Shown: positions 48,417 through 60,807, counted from the first letter of the stretch. The stretch is DNA of 64,000 bases from an uncultured Bacteroidota bacterium (GCA_903840505.1 CAIMGI010000187.1:18812-82811), one strand, 5' to 3'. Numbers and translations are program-made. The notes: generated from the sequence alone by a model not told the origin.

Positions 48417-50452
48417 TTTACGAGCATTTTTATAGCGCCTTCAACTTTTTCCATTGGCAACTGACAAACGTTATTCTCACACACATAAACCAGTGTTTTG
48501 TTTGGCTCATACTTGTTTTTTAATAATTCAAAGGAATCTTCCTTTTCACTTGCCAATAAAATATAATTGGTGAAATAATATTTTTTTAGTTGTTGTGCTT
48601 TCTTTATTGCCTCTTCACCAACAATAGCAATTTCGTAAAATGGTTTTGTGTTATTTAACATTAAAATTGCCCAATTGGAATAACCCGGTCCGTAGGATAT
48701 TATATTGTTTTTCATTGAACTTAGCATTTGTTGTGCTTGCTTAATGTATTCAGGCTTACTTAAATACTTGCCTAAATAAAATGAGGAATTTGCAATGGAA
48801 GAACAAGAAGCCGGAATTACATTATCCGACAATTCCATTTTTCGTGCAATTAATGGGGTGTCTTTACTGCTTGTGAAAAAAAACATTCCTGTTTCTGTAT
48901 CTTCAAAATGTGTTTTGGTATAGTGCATTAATTCATCTGCAATAATTAGCCAATTGGACTCAAAAGTCGCATTGTAACAGCTTATACAGGCCTCTATTAC
49001 AAAAGCGTAGTCTTCTAAGAAACCATTGATAGAAGATTTCCCATTTTTATAATTGTGGTAAATCCCACCATCCGGAGTGCGCATTTTTGTGATAATAAAA
49101 CGGAGTGCCTTTTTTGCTTTTTCTAAATAGAGTGGGTTTTCGAATGCCTCAAAAGCATCAGCGTATGCCTTTACCATCAGTGCATTCCAGGAGGTAAGCG
49201 ATTTGTCGTCCAGGCCGGGTTTAATTCTTTTGCTGCGTTCTAATAGCAGCTTTTTTCGACAACGTTCAATGCATTCTTTTAGTGTAGCCACCTCAACTGC
49301 CATTTTTTTCGCAACATCTTCATCGTTTTGTTTACGCAACAAAATATAATTGTTGTGTTCCCAATAGCCAATTTCATTTACATTGTAATTGGCAGCAAAA
49401 AGTAAAAAATCTTGTTCTAAAACATGCTCCAATTCGGCTTTTGTCCAAACATAGTACTTTCCTTCTTCTCCTTCCGAATCAGCATCTAAGGCAGAATAAA
49501 AAACACCTTCAGGTGATGTTAGTTCTTCTTCCACAAACACAATCGTTTCTTCCACAATTTTTTTATAAAGCGGATTTTTGTTTATTCTGTAAGCTTCTGA
49601 ATAAAGAGAAATTAATTGCGCATTGTCGTAAAGCATTTTTTCGAAATGAGGAACCTTCCATTCCATATCGGTTGAATAACGAGCAAAGCCTCCTCCCAAT
49701 TGATCGTATATGCCCCCGTAAGCCATACTTTGAAGTGTAAGCTGTACGTGTTCCATTAGTCCCATATCTTTTTTGTTATGTGCATGACGCAATAAAAAAA
49801 GATAATTATTTGGAAGTGGAAATTTTGGTGCTTTGTTCGGACCACCATCTTTATCATCAAGTCGCTGTTGCCAATCGTTTATACAGTCTTGTAAATCGGT
49901 GTCCGAAAAAGTTTGTTCTGTTTGTTTATTTTCAATTACCTCACTTAATCGTATTCCCTCTGTTAATTTTTCAGCATATTCTAATACCTTAGAAGGGTCA
50001 TTTTTATATACATCTGCAAGATTCAACAAAATGTTTTTCCAACTTTCTTTCGCGAAATAGGTTCCGCCATAAACAGGTCTGCCATCGGGCAAGGTAAAAC
50101 AATTCAAGGGCCAACCACCTCTTCCTGTCATCAATTGAACGGCATTCATATACACTTGATCAATGTCTGGACGTTCCTCCCTGTCAACTTTAATATTGAT
50201 AAAATGTTCGTTCATTATTTTTGCCACATCCTCATTTTCAAAACATTCGTGCTCCATTACGTGACACCAATGGCAGGCCGAATAACCGATGCTTACCAAT
50301 ATTAGTTTGTTTTTATCCTTGGCAAGCTGTAAAGATTTTTCGTTCCAGGCATACCATTGAACCGGATTGTGTGCGTGTTGTAATAAATAAGGACTACTCT
50401 CCTCAATGAGATTGTTTGTAAATGAATGCGAATTTTTATTTCCTGAGCTCAT
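48413..50452 (-). CDS. Thioredoxin-domain protein, YyaL/DUF255 family (thioredoxin + six-hairpin glycosidase-like domain)
   Basis: N-terminal [17 protein letters not shown]...[14 protein letters not shown], which is the conserved CxxC thioredoxin-like block of this family. Length is 679 aa. Confidence 0.85.
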   Translation of the reverse strand: MSSGNKNSHSFTNNLIEESSPYLLQHAHNPVQWYAWNEKSLQLAKDKNKLILVSIGYSACHWCHVMEHECFENEDVAKIMNEHFINIKVDREERPDIDQVYMNAVQLMTGRGGWPLNCFTLPDGRPVYGGTYFAKESWKNILLNLADVYKNDPSKVLEYAEKLTEGIRLSEVIENKQTEQTFSDTDLQDCINDWQQRLDDKDGGPNKAPKFPLPNNYLFLLRHAHNKKDMGLMEHVQLTLQSMAYGGIYDQLGGGFARYSTDMEWKVPHFEKMLYDNAQLISLYSEAYRINKNPLYKKIVEETIVFVEEELTSPEGVFYSALDADSEGEEGKYYVWTKAELEHVLEQDFLLFAANYNVNEIGYWEHNNYILLRKQNDEDVAKKMAVEVATLKECIERCRKKLLLERSKRIKPGLDDKSLTSWNALMVKAYADAFEAFENPLYLEKAKKALRFIITKMRTPDGGIYHNYKNGKSSINGFLEDYAFVIEACISCYNATFESNWLIIADELMHYTKTHFEDTETGMFFFTSSKDTPLIARKMELSDNVIPASCSSIANSSFYLGKYLSKPEYIKQAQQMLSSMKNNIISYGPGYSNWAILMLNNTKPFYEIAIVGEEAIKKAQQLKKYYFTNYILLASEKEDSFELLKNKYEPNKTLVYVCENNVCQLPMEKVEGAIKMLVN

Positions 50453-51833
50453 TCAACAAGTTGTTAAAATCAGAGTTTTTTCGGAGAGCTAAAAATCGTT
50501 CATCATTTTCCAATCTTGAAACATCAGAGAAGCCAAGGCTGATTGCCTCTTTTAAGGAGGTGATGGTGTTTGGAATGTTTCCTTTTTTTGCAAACAAGCA
50601 AGCCGATAGATAAGCGTGTTCAGAATTTAATGGGTCAACGATTTTATAAATAGCAAGTACTTTTTCACCTTCAATTTCTTTACCCGCTTGATTTAGCAGC
50701 TGTGAGGCATAAGAGTATGTACCTATACTAAGATACCCTTTTACCCTTTCATACATTTCTTTTTCAGAATTATTTATAGGACTATCTAGTTTTTTAAGTT
50801 CGGTAGAAATTTTATCTAATTCGAAAGAACTAAAGTAGTTTTTAAATGTTTTTTGAATTTCCTTTTCGCGCTTAAAAAGGTCGCTTTGTTTTGCTACTGC
50901 ATTTTTAAAAGTAGCACTTTCGATAAGTTGTTGTAATTGTTTTTGCTCGTCAGAGGTGTTTGTAATGCCATTCAAAAATTGCACTTTCTTGTCCAAGCAA
51001 TCAACCTCGTTCAAAATATTGCCTTCTTGCTTTGCTCGTTTTAAATTAGCGTCCGACAAGGCAGTATAGCGATTTACAATAAAGGTATCATTTTTTGGAG
51101 ATTGCTTTTTCATTCTCGTAAGCTCTAAAAACAATAAGCCTTCCTCAAAAGTTTGTTCGGGTGGCCATTCGTGTGTGCCATCAAAATTAATTAATGTATG
51201 TCCTGCTGTTGAATCCTTCGATTGATTGTCTTTTAGTATCATATCCAATAAATTCATATCGCTTTTTCCTGCAATTCCTGCAAAGGGAACCGTTATTTTC
51301 ATATTTCTTCCCAGTGCCCCCGAACAAGAAATAACACCGGAAATATAACGTGTGTTATATGCCGCTAATTGAGCGACTTTTCCGCCTCCTGAAAATCCGG
51401 CAGCAAAAATATGAGAAGTGTCGGCAGAAACAGTTGATAGTACATCTGAAAAAAAGGGCATAATGATATTTTTCAATTGCACTTTATTCAAACCATTTTT
51501 TGAATTATTTGATCCTGCTAAAATAAATCCATACCGCTCCGCAACAGCTTTGTATTTTTCTAAAGGGAGATTTCCATTTGCGTGAGGGTCGAAAAAAAAT
51601 AATACTGGATAGGTTTTGTTTTTTGTGTATGAAGTAGGTAGATAAATCGCATAGCTTTGTGAAGGCTCGGCTTTACAAACTATTTTATCTGTCTTTCCTA
51701 CAAGTAAATGTAGTGAAGTCGATGATGTTTCGGTCGGCTCTACTGTTTTTTCTACTTGCGTTTCTGTTGGTGCATCAGAACATGAAAACAAAGTAAAAAG
51801 TGTAAAGTAAAATAAAAAAATGTTTTTTAGCAT
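50436..51833 (-). CDS. Alpha/beta-hydrolase esterase-family lipoprotein with C-terminal helical extension
   Basis: Signal peptide plus lipobox (LFSCSD), a GFSGGG nucleophile-elbow motif and a helical C-terminal half. It overlaps the upstream gene by ~17 bp. Confidence 0.6.
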   Translation of the reverse strand: MLKNIFLFYFTLFTLFSCSDAPTETQVEKTVEPTETSSTSLHLLVGKTDKIVCKAEPSQSYAIYLPTSYTKNKTYPVLFFFDPHANGNLPLEKYKAVAERYGFILAGSNNSKNGLNKVQLKNIIMPFFSDVLSTVSADTSHIFAAGFSGGGKVAQLAAYNTRYISGVISCSGALGRNMKITVPFAGIAGKSDMNLLDMILKDNQSKDSTAGHTLINFDGTHEWPPEQTFEEGLLFLELTRMKKQSPKNDTFIVNRYTALSDANLKRAKQEGNILNEVDCLDKKVQFLNGITNTSDEQKQLQQLIESATFKNAVAKQSDLFKREKEIQKTFKNYFSSFELDKISTELKKLDSPINNSEKEMYERVKGYLSIGTYSYASQLLNQAGKEIEGEKVLAIYKIVDPLNSEHAYLSACLFAKKGNIPNTITSLKEAISLGFSDVSRLENDERFLALRKNSDFNNLLNELRK

Positions 51834-52022
51834 ACAGCACAATTTGAGTCTACGAATGTACTAATTAAAGTATTTTAGGGTTTTATTTTTTTGACAACAA
51901 ATGTTGTTTTAAAAATCAATGGAGTACTCAATCATTCATAAAATTCGGTATTTACTAATAATTTGTATAAATTAGCATCGAAAAGTAATTTGGTAACATT
52001 ATAGTAAGATTAAATTAAGACA

Positions 52023-53210
52023 ATGAAACATAAAATAACGCTTCTCTTTTTTGTACTATCTTTTTCGATTAGTCAAGCGCAGTGGGCTTGGGTTCAAAAG
52101 GCTGATTATGGCGGGACAAAGGTGTCAGATGCCTCTTGCTTTTATATTGGTAAAAATGCCTATGTGGGGACAGGAAATGCTGATGGGACAAATACAAAAC
52201 AATTTTGGATGTACAATACAGTAACAGATACCTGGACTCAGAAATCAGATTATTTAGGCACTGCAAGAAGAAACACCTCCGCTTTTGCTCTTGGAAGAAA
52301 AGGGTTTATTTGTAACGGTTACTCGGGTAGTCCAAGTACAAGATTATATGAATATGACACACTAACCAATGTGTGGACACAAAAGGCAAATTATGGCGGT
52401 GGTTCCAGAGAAGGAACGGTATCTTTTGCATTGAAAGGTTTGGGTTATACCGGATTGGGTAATGATGCCAATGGCTTCAAGCAGGATTTTTGGGCCTTTG
52501 ATACCACAAACAATACCTGGACTCAAAAGGCAAATTTTGGAGGCACTGCTCGTTCAAGAGCAACCGCTTTTTTTATTGGCGACAGAGCCTTTGTTGTTAC
52601 CGGAAACGATGGAGGAATGAAGAATGATTGTTGGGCTTATGATGCTGCATCAAATACGTGGTCTTCAAAGGCAAAATTTCCCGGTGTAAAAAGAGAAGAC
52701 GCAACAGCTTTCGCTTTTCTTGGAAAAGGCTATGTTGGTACAGGAGTAGATTCATTGGGTTTGTATAAAAAGGATTTTTGGGCATATGATACTACATCAA
52801 ACAGTTGGACTCAAATAGCCGACCTTACAGGTGTTGGAAGAAAGGGAGCCTTTGCTTTTGCAACAGATAGCAATGGTTATGTTGGAACTGGCGTTGACGC
52901 TATTGCATATTACCACGTTGATTTTTGGCAGTTGAAAAATGTAACCTCAATTACTGAAACAATTTCTGAGAAAACTGTTGTAAATATTTACCCTAATCCT
53001 GTAAGGGACATTGCTACTATTTCTATATCAAACACAAACGAATGTGTTTTTACTTTGTATACTTTACAAGGTAAAGAAATACAGCAACTTATTGTGAATG
53101 GAGGAAAGGCAACATTCAATAAAAACAATATTGCTGTCGGAGTATATATGTACACTTTATCACAAAAAAATAACAAATCGGTTTCAGGTAAATTAATTAT
53201 TTCAGAATAA
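52023..53210 (+). CDS. T9SS C-terminal-domain cargo protein with seven-bladed Kelch-like beta-propeller
   Basis: Signal peptide, then seven ~47-aa repeats (W.QKA.YGG..R....FA.G...Y.GTG....G...DFW.YD..TN.W). The C-terminus has a Por secretion tail (IYPNPVRDIATISI...GVYMYTL...GKLII). Confidence 0.75.
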   Translation: MKHKITLLFFVLSFSISQAQWAWVQKADYGGTKVSDASCFYIGKNAYVGTGNADGTNTKQFWMYNTVTDTWTQKSDYLGTARRNTSAFALGRKGFICNGYSGSPSTRLYEYDTLTNVWTQKANYGGGSREGTVSFALKGLGYTGLGNDANGFKQDFWAFDTTNNTWTQKANFGGTARSRATAFFIGDRAFVVTGNDGGMKNDCWAYDAASNTWSSKAKFPGVKREDATAFAFLGKGYVGTGVDSLGLYKKDFWAYDTTSNSWTQIADLTGVGRKGAFAFATDSNGYVGTGVDAIAYYHVDFWQLKNVTSITETISEKTVVNIYPNPVRDIATISISNTNECVFTLYTLQGKEIQQLIVNGGKATFNKNNIAVGVYMYTLSQKNNKSVSGKLIISE

Positions 53211-53214
53211 TTCT

Positions 53215-53619
53215 ATGAAGTATATTCTTGGAGTACTTTGTGCTTTTTTAATTTTTTCGTGTAGCAATAATACAAGCGAAACTACAAACCTTGCAGCTGA
53301 TTCGTCAACAGTAACAACAATTACTGACAGTGCCAGATTAACAGAAATGGCAATGGCGCCTATTGTCGAAGCCAAAGTGTATAACAATTCGAACGGACCA
53401 TCTGCAAGTAGGTTTACAGGATGGGGCTATGATATTTATATTGATGGAAAGCAGTCCATCATTCAACCAAGTGTTCCAGGTGTTCCCGGGAATGATGGTT
53501 TTAAAACCGAAGAAGATGCAAAAATAATAGGAGAATTTGTTGCCAATAAAATACGCAAGAACATTATGCCCCCTACTGTTAGTACTGAGGAACTAGATAG
53601 CTTACTGGCAAAACCATAA
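53215..53619 (+). CDS. Hypothetical lipoprotein
   Basis: Signal peptide plus lipobox (LIFSCSN). Length is 134 aa. Confidence 0.5.
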   Translation: MKYILGVLCAFLIFSCSNNTSETTNLAADSSTVTTITDSARLTEMAMAPIVEAKVYNNSNGPSASRFTGWGYDIYIDGKQSIIQPSVPGVPGNDGFKTEEDAKIIGEFVANKIRKNIMPPTVSTEELDSLLAKP

Positions 53620-53667
53620 GCCTCACTTTTTTTTCTTACATTCGCCTATTATATATCTACTAGTTGT

Positions 53668-54756
53668 ATGGCTAAAACAGCTCTTATTACAGGCATAACC
53701 GGACAAGACGGTGCTTATTTGGCAGAATTGCTGCTGAACAAAGGATACATTGTACACGGTGTAAAACGAAGAAGTTCCTTGTTTAATACAAACAGAATAG
53801 ACCATTTGTACAAGGACAAACACGAAAAAAAAGTGCAGTTCTTTTTGCATTATGGCGACTTAACCGATTCAACCAATCTTATTCGCATAATACAGGAAGT
53901 TCAACCCGATGAAATATATAATTTGGCGGCACAGTCGCACGTAAAAGTTTCATTTGAAACACCTGAATATACTGCAAATGCAGATGCCTTGGGTACACTG
54001 AGAATATTAGAAGCTATTCGTATTTTAAAGTTAGAAAAGAAAACAAAATTTTATCAGGCCTCTACTTCCGAACTATACGGATTGGTGCAGGAAATTCCAC
54101 AAAAGGAAACAACACCTTTTTATCCTCGAAGTCCTTATGGTGTTGCTAAATTGTATTCCTACTGGATAGTTAGGAATTATAGAGAAGCCTATAATATATT
54201 TGCTTGTAACGGTATACTTTTTAATCACGAAAGTCCGGTAAGGGGCGAAACTTTTGTTACGCGCAAAATAACACGTGCGGTAGCAAAAATAAAATTGGGC
54301 TTGCAGGAAAATTTGTTTCTTGGTAACATAGATGCAGAGAGAGATTGGGGACACGCCAAAGATTATGTAGAGGGAATGTGGTTGATGTTACAACAGGACA
54401 AGCCCGATGATTTTGTTTTGGCAACAGGCAAAAAGGTATCGGTAAGAAGTTTTATAGAAATGGCTTTTAATGAAGTTGGCATCAGTATTAACTGGCAAGG
54501 AAAAGGGGTGGATGAAAAAGGTTTGGATGCAAAAACCGGAAAAATATTAGTTGAAATTGACCCCAAGTATTTCCGACCTACAGAGGTTGATTTACTAGTA
54601 GGGGATGCTTCTAAAGCGGAAAGAGAATTGGGTTGGAAACCAAAGCATACTGTGCAGCAACTTGTAAAAGAAATGGTGGCATCCGATTTAAAATTGTTTG
54701 AAAAGGATAAATATTTGTTGGAAGGTGGTCACGATGTGGTTGATTTTCAAGAATAA
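53668..54756 (+). CDS. gmd: GDP-mannose 4,6-dehydratase
   Basis: N-terminal [19 protein letters not shown] motif and a YxxxK short-chain dehydrogenase active site (YGVAKLY). Length is 362 aa. Confidence 0.9.
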   Translation: MAKTALITGITGQDGAYLAELLLNKGYIVHGVKRRSSLFNTNRIDHLYKDKHEKKVQFFLHYGDLTDSTNLIRIIQEVQPDEIYNLAAQSHVKVSFETPEYTANADALGTLRILEAIRILKLEKKTKFYQASTSELYGLVQEIPQKETTPFYPRSPYGVAKLYSYWIVRNYREAYNIFACNGILFNHESPVRGETFVTRKITRAVAKIKLGLQENLFLGNIDAERDWGHAKDYVEGMWLMLQQDKPDDFVLATGKKVSVRSFIEMAFNEVGISINWQGKGVDEKGLDAKTGKILVEIDPKYFRPTEVDLLVGDASKAERELGWKPKHTVQQLVKEMVASDLKLFEKDKYLLEGGHDVVDFQE

Positions 54757-54770
54757 TTTTGGTTTAACGA

Positions 54771-55697
54771 ATGGAGAAAAATGCCAAAATATATGTTGCG
54801 GGACACAGAGGGATGGTTGGTTCGGCTATTATACGTAGGTTAAGTGCAGCAGGTTATAACAATATTGTTTTTGCCTCATCAAAGGAAGTTGATTTAAGAA
54901 ATCAACAAGCTGTGCAGAATTTTTTTGCACGCGAAAAACCCAATTATGTTTTTTTGGCAGCTGCAAAAGTAGGTGGCATATATGCCAACAATACATATCG
55001 CGCAGAGTTTTTGTACGATAATTTAATGATACAAAACAATATTATTGACGCTTCACATAAAAACGAAGTAACAAAATTAATGTTCTTGGGCTCCTCTTGT
55101 ATATACCCAAAAATGGCTCCACAGCCCTTGAAGGAAGATTATTTGCTTAGCGGTGTATTAGAGCCCACAAATGAACCTTATGCAATAGCTAAAATTGCGG
55201 GTATCAAACTGTGTGATGCCTATAGAAGTCAGTACGCTTGTAATTATATATCCGTAATGCCCACCAATTTATACGGACCAAACGACAATTATGACCTCAA
55301 TAATTCACACGTATTGCCGGCATTGATAAGGAAGTTTCATACCGCAAAGAAGGAAAACAGTCCTTCTGTTGAGGTATGGGGAAGCGGCACTCCCTTGCGT
55401 GAATTTTTGCACGTGGACGATTTGGCAGATGCTTGTTTTTATTTGATGATGCATTACAACGAGCAGGGTTTGGTAAACATAGGAACGGGAACAGATTTAT
55501 CCATAAAAGATCTTGCCTTATTGGTAAAGAAAACCATAGGGTATGAAGGCGAATTAACTTGGGATGCATCAAAACCCGATGGTACGCCCAGAAAGCTAAT
55601 GGATGTGGGCAAGTTGCATAACTTGGGTTGGAAGCACAAGATTGAATTGGCTGAAGGAATAAAATCTGTATACGAAGAAGTAAAACATAATTTTTGA
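54771..55697 (+). CDS. fcl: GDP-L-fucose synthase
   Basis: N-terminal [14 protein letters not shown] motif and a YAIAK active site. Length is 308 aa, and it lies immediately after gmd. Confidence 0.9.
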   Translation: MEKNAKIYVAGHRGMVGSAIIRRLSAAGYNNIVFASSKEVDLRNQQAVQNFFAREKPNYVFLAAAKVGGIYANNTYRAEFLYDNLMIQNNIIDASHKNEVTKLMFLGSSCIYPKMAPQPLKEDYLLSGVLEPTNEPYAIAKIAGIKLCDAYRSQYACNYISVMPTNLYGPNDNYDLNNSHVLPALIRKFHTAKKENSPSVEVWGSGTPLREFLHVDDLADACFYLMMHYNEQGLVNIGTGTDLSIKDLALLVKKTIGYEGELTWDASKPDGTPRKLMDVGKLHNLGWKHKIELAEGIKSVYEEVKHNF

Positions 55698-57289
55698 GAA
55701 AGTACTACTACTTACTTATTGTTTTTTCCCCTTTGCTGACATTGGCACAGCAAAAGAATTTACCATTGAACCAACAATCTTTTCAACGGACTGAGTCAAT
55801 GTTGAGCCGCAAAGGAGACATTACTTACCACTCCGCGGTCAAGCCAATAATTGAAAGCAATGTTGGCACCTATAATTTGCAAGGAGCTTGTGGTGTTTTT
55901 ACTTATTATGATTCATTAAAACGATCGTGGTTGGCACGAAAAGTAAAACACGAAAGCCTAGTTGTATTGAAAGATTCTTCTACAGGAATGTTCATCACTA
56001 TCGACCCTGTTTTTAATTTAGAATACGATAAAGACAACAACATTGATACCGGAAAATACTATCAAAATACAAGAGGGTTATTGGTACGCGGTGATATAGG
56101 AACAAAATTTTCTTTCGAAAGTTCCTTTTATGAAAACCAGGCATTTTTTGTAAATTACGTTGATAGTTTTGTGCGTGCAAATGAGGTAGTGCCCGGACAG
56201 GGGAGGGTAAAAGCCTTTAAAACAAATGGCTTCGATTATGCAATGGCATCGGGTTATATTTCATATTCCCCCTTCAAAAAATTAATTTTACAAATGGGGC
56301 ACGGAAAACATTTCATAGGGGATGGATACCGTTCCTTGTTGCTTTCCGATAATGCTTTTAATTATCCTTATGTGAGGGCAACTACGAGCATTGGCAAATT
56401 TCAATTTACCAACATCCTTGCATCCTTGCAACTCATCGACAATGGTAGAATATTTATTACTGCATTGAATGAACCTTTATTTCAAAAAAAGACAGCCACT
56501 TTTCATTATGTGAGTTATATGCCGGTTTCCAAAGTTCAGTTTGGACTTTTTCAATCTACTATGTATAATGTTCGCAGAGGCTATAGCCCTACCTTTAATG
56601 CGAACTATGTGAATCCTTTTATTCTTTCATCTGCTATGCAATTCGGGCTCAGCAGCAACGATAATGTAATGCTGGGAGCAACTGCGAAATTTAATATTAC
56701 CCGTTTTGTATCAGTATACGGTCAGTATGTGGTAGATGATGTCGACAGTAAAAAAATGTCGACACACAATAAAAACGGATATCAGATTGGATTAAAATAC
56801 CACGATGCTTTTAAATTGAAAAACCTGTATTTGCAAGCCGAATACAACAGCGTTACAGCCTTTACATACTCGTTTAGAAAACCCGAACAAAATTATACTC
56901 ATTATAATCAAAGCTTAGCACATCCACTGGGTGCCAATTTTAATGAAGTAGTAGGTATTCTTCGATATAGCCTGCTTGATTTTTTTATAGAAGCAAAAAT
57001 AAATTATGCAACTTACGGAGCAGACAGTGTTTATAAGCATTATGGAAACAATGTATTGTTACCCGATGACAATGCCGGAGTGCTTACAGACAATAAAATA
57101 CAAGGGTTTTCTACTACGCTATCTACCTATGCTTTTTCTTTCGGTTATAAGGTTAATCGGGCAACCAATATGAATATAGTGGCAGGAGTATATATGCGTA
57201 CGCTGAACAATGCCTTTCAACACGGTGTAACTGACTATTTTTTTATAGGTTTCAGAACCTCTTTATCCAATACATACTTCGATTTTTAA
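55694..57289 (+). CDS. Outer-membrane beta-barrel protein, capsule-assembly Wzi-like family (paralog A)
   Basis: Signal peptide. It shares conserved blocks ([33 protein letters not shown]) with the gene at 58449, and ends ...TYFDF. The family name is from memory and is tentative. Confidence 0.4.
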   Translation: MRKYYYLLIVFSPLLTLAQQKNLPLNQQSFQRTESMLSRKGDITYHSAVKPIIESNVGTYNLQGACGVFTYYDSLKRSWLARKVKHESLVVLKDSSTGMFITIDPVFNLEYDKDNNIDTGKYYQNTRGLLVRGDIGTKFSFESSFYENQAFFVNYVDSFVRANEVVPGQGRVKAFKTNGFDYAMASGYISYSPFKKLILQMGHGKHFIGDGYRSLLLSDNAFNYPYVRATTSIGKFQFTNILASLQLIDNGRIFITALNEPLFQKKTATFHYVSYMPVSKVQFGLFQSTMYNVRRGYSPTFNANYVNPFILSSAMQFGLSSNDNVMLGATAKFNITRFVSVYGQYVVDDVDSKKMSTHNKNGYQIGLKYHDAFKLKNLYLQAEYNSVTAFTYSFRKPEQNYTHYNQSLAHPLGANFNEVVGILRYSLLDFFIEAKINYATYGADSVYKHYGNNVLLPDDNAGVLTDNKIQGFSTTLSTYAFSFGYKVNRATNMNIVAGVYMRTLNNAFQHGVTDYFFIGFRTSLSNTYFDF

Positions 57290-57352
57290 CACATATTAGA
57301 AGATTTTTTTTAAGTTTGTATAAACGCACATTATAATTTTGATTGTAGAATT

Positions 57353-58438
57353 GTGGAAATGCTCATACTATCCTTCCTTACCTCTTTTGTAGTAGTATTT
57401 CTATTTACACCCTCATTGATTAAGATTGCCAAGCTGAAAAATCTCAATGACGATCCAGGAGATGATCGTAAATTGCATAAACGAAAGACTCCGACTATTG
57501 GCGGTATAAATATTTTTGCAGGAACAATATTTGCTTTTGCCTTGTGGTTACCGGCAAATAAGTTGTTGGATGTTGAAAGTATGGGTACAGCGATTTCCGA
57601 TTTTAAATACGTTATAGCAACCGTAATAGTACTTTTCTTTGTAGGTGTAAAGGACGACATTATAGGAACGGCTCCCATAAAAAAATTGTTGGCCCATATA
57701 GGTGTGGCAATGGTACTGGTGCTTATGGCAAACATTCGCTTAAAGGGCTTACACGGAATATTCGGAGTGTACGAAATGCCGGAATGGGCAAGTATCTTTA
57801 TTTCTATTTTTACTATTATCGTAATTGTAAATGCTTTTAACCTTATTGATGGTGTTGATGGTTTGGCTGCGGGTATAGGTTTTATTGCATCCACGGCATT
57901 TGGTTTATGGTTCTTTTTTGCGGGAAATTTAACTATGTCTGCATTGGCATTCTCATTGGCAGGAGCATTAATCGCATTCCTGTTTTATAATTTTTCACCT
58001 GCCCGTATTTTTATGGGCGATTCAGGTTCTTTAACCATTGGTTTAATTATTTCGGTATTGGCAATTAAACTGATTGAGTTTGATAAAAACAGTATCGAAA
58101 CAATTCTTGTTCACGTCTCAAAACCTGTTTTTGTAATCGCTGTGCTTATCTTCCCATTGTTTGATACACTGCGTATTTTTATTTTTAGAACCGTAAAGGG
58201 CGTTTCACCATTTGCAGCCGATCGCAATCACATTCACCATCGCTTATTGGATTTGGGTCTTAATCAAAGGAAAACGGTTATCTTATTGTATTCAATAAAC
58301 ATAGCCCTCATTGCCATTTCAATTTTATTGTATAAAGTAAATCCAAGCATTGCTTTTTTAGTAGTTGGTTTCATAGCGCTTGTGGCATTTCAGATTCCCT
58401 TTCTCATTAAAATAAAAGATAAAGAACCCGGTAAATAA
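57353..58438 (+). CDS. Polyprenyl-phosphate GlcNAc-1-phosphate transferase (WecA/MraY glycosyltransferase family 4)
   Basis: About 10 TM helices with conserved DD (KDDIIG), NLIDGVDGLA and FMGDSGS motifs. Confidence 0.85.
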   Translation: MEMLILSFLTSFVVVFLFTPSLIKIAKLKNLNDDPGDDRKLHKRKTPTIGGINIFAGTIFAFALWLPANKLLDVESMGTAISDFKYVIATVIVLFFVGVKDDIIGTAPIKKLLAHIGVAMVLVLMANIRLKGLHGIFGVYEMPEWASIFISIFTIIVIVNAFNLIDGVDGLAAGIGFIASTAFGLWFFFAGNLTMSALAFSLAGALIAFLFYNFSPARIFMGDSGSLTIGLIISVLAIKLIEFDKNSIETILVHVSKPVFVIAVLIFPLFDTLRIFIFRTVKGVSPFAADRNHIHHRLLDLGLNQRKTVILLYSINIALIAISILLYKVNPSIAFLVVGFIALVAFQIPFLIKIKDKEPGK

Positions 58439-58448
58439 AATTCGTCCT

Positions 58449-60083
58449 TTGCGTTATTACATACTTAGTAAATTACTTTTTGTTGTTGTCTTGCTTTCGC
58501 TGAGCAGAAGCCTATTTGCTCAAACAGAAGCGGAAATAAACATAAGAATGGCGACCGGAAAACGTCATGGGCAACAGGCAAATATGTTGCTGAACAATGA
58601 GCAAATGTTACGCTATGAGAATCTGGCTCGAGATAAAAACTCCAACTTTCATTCTAACTGCAAACCCTTTGTTATAGGTGAATTAGAAAGCTTAAAGGGA
58701 TACGACTCTCTGCAAACCCCTGCTTTTCTGAATGAAAAATATGCTTATAAACTGTTCAACAGACACGGGCTTGGGATTACTCGTTCTTTAAAGATTGACC
58801 CCATTCTAACACTAATTGGTGGTTATGACCGTACACGAAGCGACAAAGCAGCCGAAACTGCTTTAGGCGCAAGCTTTTTATACTTAGGCAAAGACCATTT
58901 CTCTGCGCGTTATAATATTGCAATTATCAATGCGCAGTATCCTTACTATATGGATAGTGTTATTCAAAAAACGGATATAATTCCGCAATACGGTTATGCC
59001 GACAGTGGTAGAATCGGGTATAAAACACTTTTACAAACAGGCTATTTGGCCTACGCTCCCAATAAAACATTTCGTTTTGAAGCGGGTAACGGGAAACATT
59101 TTTTTGGTGATGGTTACCGCTCTCTTTTATTGTCCGACAATGCAAATGCTTACCCCTATTTTAAAATTACTACCACCATTTGGAAATTTAAATACACCAA
59201 CCTTTTTGCCGAATTGCGCGATATAAGAGGTTCATTGGGTAACAAACAGTTGATGGAGAAAAAATATGCAGCCTTTCATTACTTGAGTTGGAATGTTACA
59301 AAACGTTTTAATTTTAGTTTCTTCGAATCCATTGTATGGCAATCGCGAAGTAAAACAGGAGGTTTAGGTTACGATGTAAATTATCTTAACCCGATAGTTT
59401 TTTACCGACCCGTTGAATACTCAGTAGGTTCGCCCGACAATGCACTTTTAGGAGCAAGCTTTAAATTAAAAATTGCTAAAAACATTCAACTTTATTCACA
59501 AGTATTAATTGATGAATTTTACCTTAAATTTTTAAAAGAGCGCAAAGGCTGGTGGGCGAACAAACAAGGATACCAAGCGGGTTTTAAGGTTTTCAATTTA
59601 TTTCACTTGAATAATTTATACCTCCAAGGCGAAGCCAATTATGTGCGACCTTACACCTATTCGCACGGTAATTCAATCCAAAATTACGGGCATTATAATC
59701 AATCATTGGCACATCCTATGGGGGCTAATTTTTATGAAGCCATTGGAATTATTAGTTATCAATACAAACTCTGGTTCTTCAGTACCAAAGTAAATTATGC
59801 AAAAGTAGGGCTCGACTCATCAAACGTTAATTATGGACAGAATATTTATGCTTCTTATACTACACGTCCAAGCGACTTTGGTAACTATGTTGGGCAAGGA
59901 CTCACAACCCATTTAATTATTGGAGAAGCAAAAGTTTCGAGATTAATTAGACCGAAGTACAATTTACTTCTCGAAGCAGGTGCCAGGTATCGCACACAAC
60001 AAAATGTTTTAAATACGAATAACACTATCTTTATATTTGTAGGAATCAGGACCGCATTGTCTAATCTGTATAACGATTTTTAA
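58449..60083 (+). CDS. Outer-membrane beta-barrel protein, capsule-assembly Wzi-like family (paralog B)
   Basis: Signal peptide. It shares blocks ([33 protein letters not shown]) with the gene at 55694 and ends LYNDF. Confidence 0.4.
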   Translation: MRYYILSKLLFVVVLLSLSRSLFAQTEAEINIRMATGKRHGQQANMLLNNEQMLRYENLARDKNSNFHSNCKPFVIGELESLKGYDSLQTPAFLNEKYAYKLFNRHGLGITRSLKIDPILTLIGGYDRTRSDKAAETALGASFLYLGKDHFSARYNIAIINAQYPYYMDSVIQKTDIIPQYGYADSGRIGYKTLLQTGYLAYAPNKTFRFEAGNGKHFFGDGYRSLLLSDNANAYPYFKITTTIWKFKYTNLFAELRDIRGSLGNKQLMEKKYAAFHYLSWNVTKRFNFSFFESIVWQSRSKTGGLGYDVNYLNPIVFYRPVEYSVGSPDNALLGASFKLKIAKNIQLYSQVLIDEFYLKFLKERKGWWANKQGYQAGFKVFNLFHLNNLYLQGEANYVRPYTYSHGNSIQNYGHYNQSLAHPMGANFYEAIGIISYQYKLWFFSTKVNYAKVGLDSSNVNYGQNIYASYTTRPSDFGNYVGQGLTTHLIIGEAKVSRLIRPKYNLLLEAGARYRTQQNVLNTNNTIFIFVGIRTALSNLYNDF

Positions 60084-60085
60084 TT

Positions 60086-60805
60086 ATGTTAGATACACTT
60101 AACCTCGAGAACATTTTGTTTCTGGATATTGAAACTGTTCCCAATGCCGCTAATTATTCAAAACTTCCGGCAAGTATGAAGGATTTGTGGAATAAAAAAA
60201 CCGCAACACTTAAAAAATCAGAAGAGGATACTCCTGAAACCTTGTATAAAAGAGCGGGCATATATGCCGAGTTCGGAAAAATAATTTGCATCTCGGTAGG
60301 TATTGTAACCAAAGGGAAATACGCATATAACTTTCGGGTAAAATCGTTTTTTGGACACGATGAAAAAAAATTATTAAAAGGATTTATTGAATTGCTGGAT
60401 ACTCATTACAATAAAAAAGCAAGTTTACTTTGTGCGCACAACGGTAAAGAGTTTGATTATCCTTTTATAGCAAGGCGCATACTGATAAATGGTTTAAAGC
60501 TACCCGCCATATTAAACATTACAGGTAAAAAACCTTGGGAAATAAGTCATTTAGATACAATGGAGCTGTGGAAGTTTGGAGACTACAAAAGCTATACTTC
60601 GCTGAACCTCTTAGCGGCTGTATTTAATATTCCTACACCAAAAGACGACATTGATGGCAGCCAAGTGTACAGCGTTTATTACGAAGAAAAGAACCTCGAA
60701 CGCATTGTAAAGTATTGTCAGAAAGATGTACTCACAGTAGCACAACTCCTCATTAAATACAGAGGAGAAGAATTGATTAAAGAGAAAAATATTACGATAG
60801 CTTAG
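60086..60805 (+). CDS. Predicted 3'-5' exonuclease (RNase H-like, PolB-exo-related family)
   Basis: Acidic Exo I motif (FLDIETVP), then HNGKEFDYPF and YCQKDV blocks. It begins 3 bp after the preceding gene. Confidence 0.6.
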   Translation: MLDTLNLENILFLDIETVPNAANYSKLPASMKDLWNKKTATLKKSEEDTPETLYKRAGIYAEFGKIICISVGIVTKGKYAYNFRVKSFFGHDEKKLLKGFIELLDTHYNKKASLLCAHNGKEFDYPFIARRILINGLKLPAILNITGKKPWEISHLDTMELWKFGDYKSYTSLNLLAAVFNIPTPKDDIDGSQVYSVYYEEKNLERIVKYCQKDVLTVAQLLIKYRGEELIKEKNITIA

Positions 60806-60807
60806 AA

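Noticed and set aside
57331-57894. 187-aa minus-strand ORF overlapping the WecA-like gene
   Set aside because: It is antisense to a strongly supported GT4 membrane transferase and has no motifs of its own.
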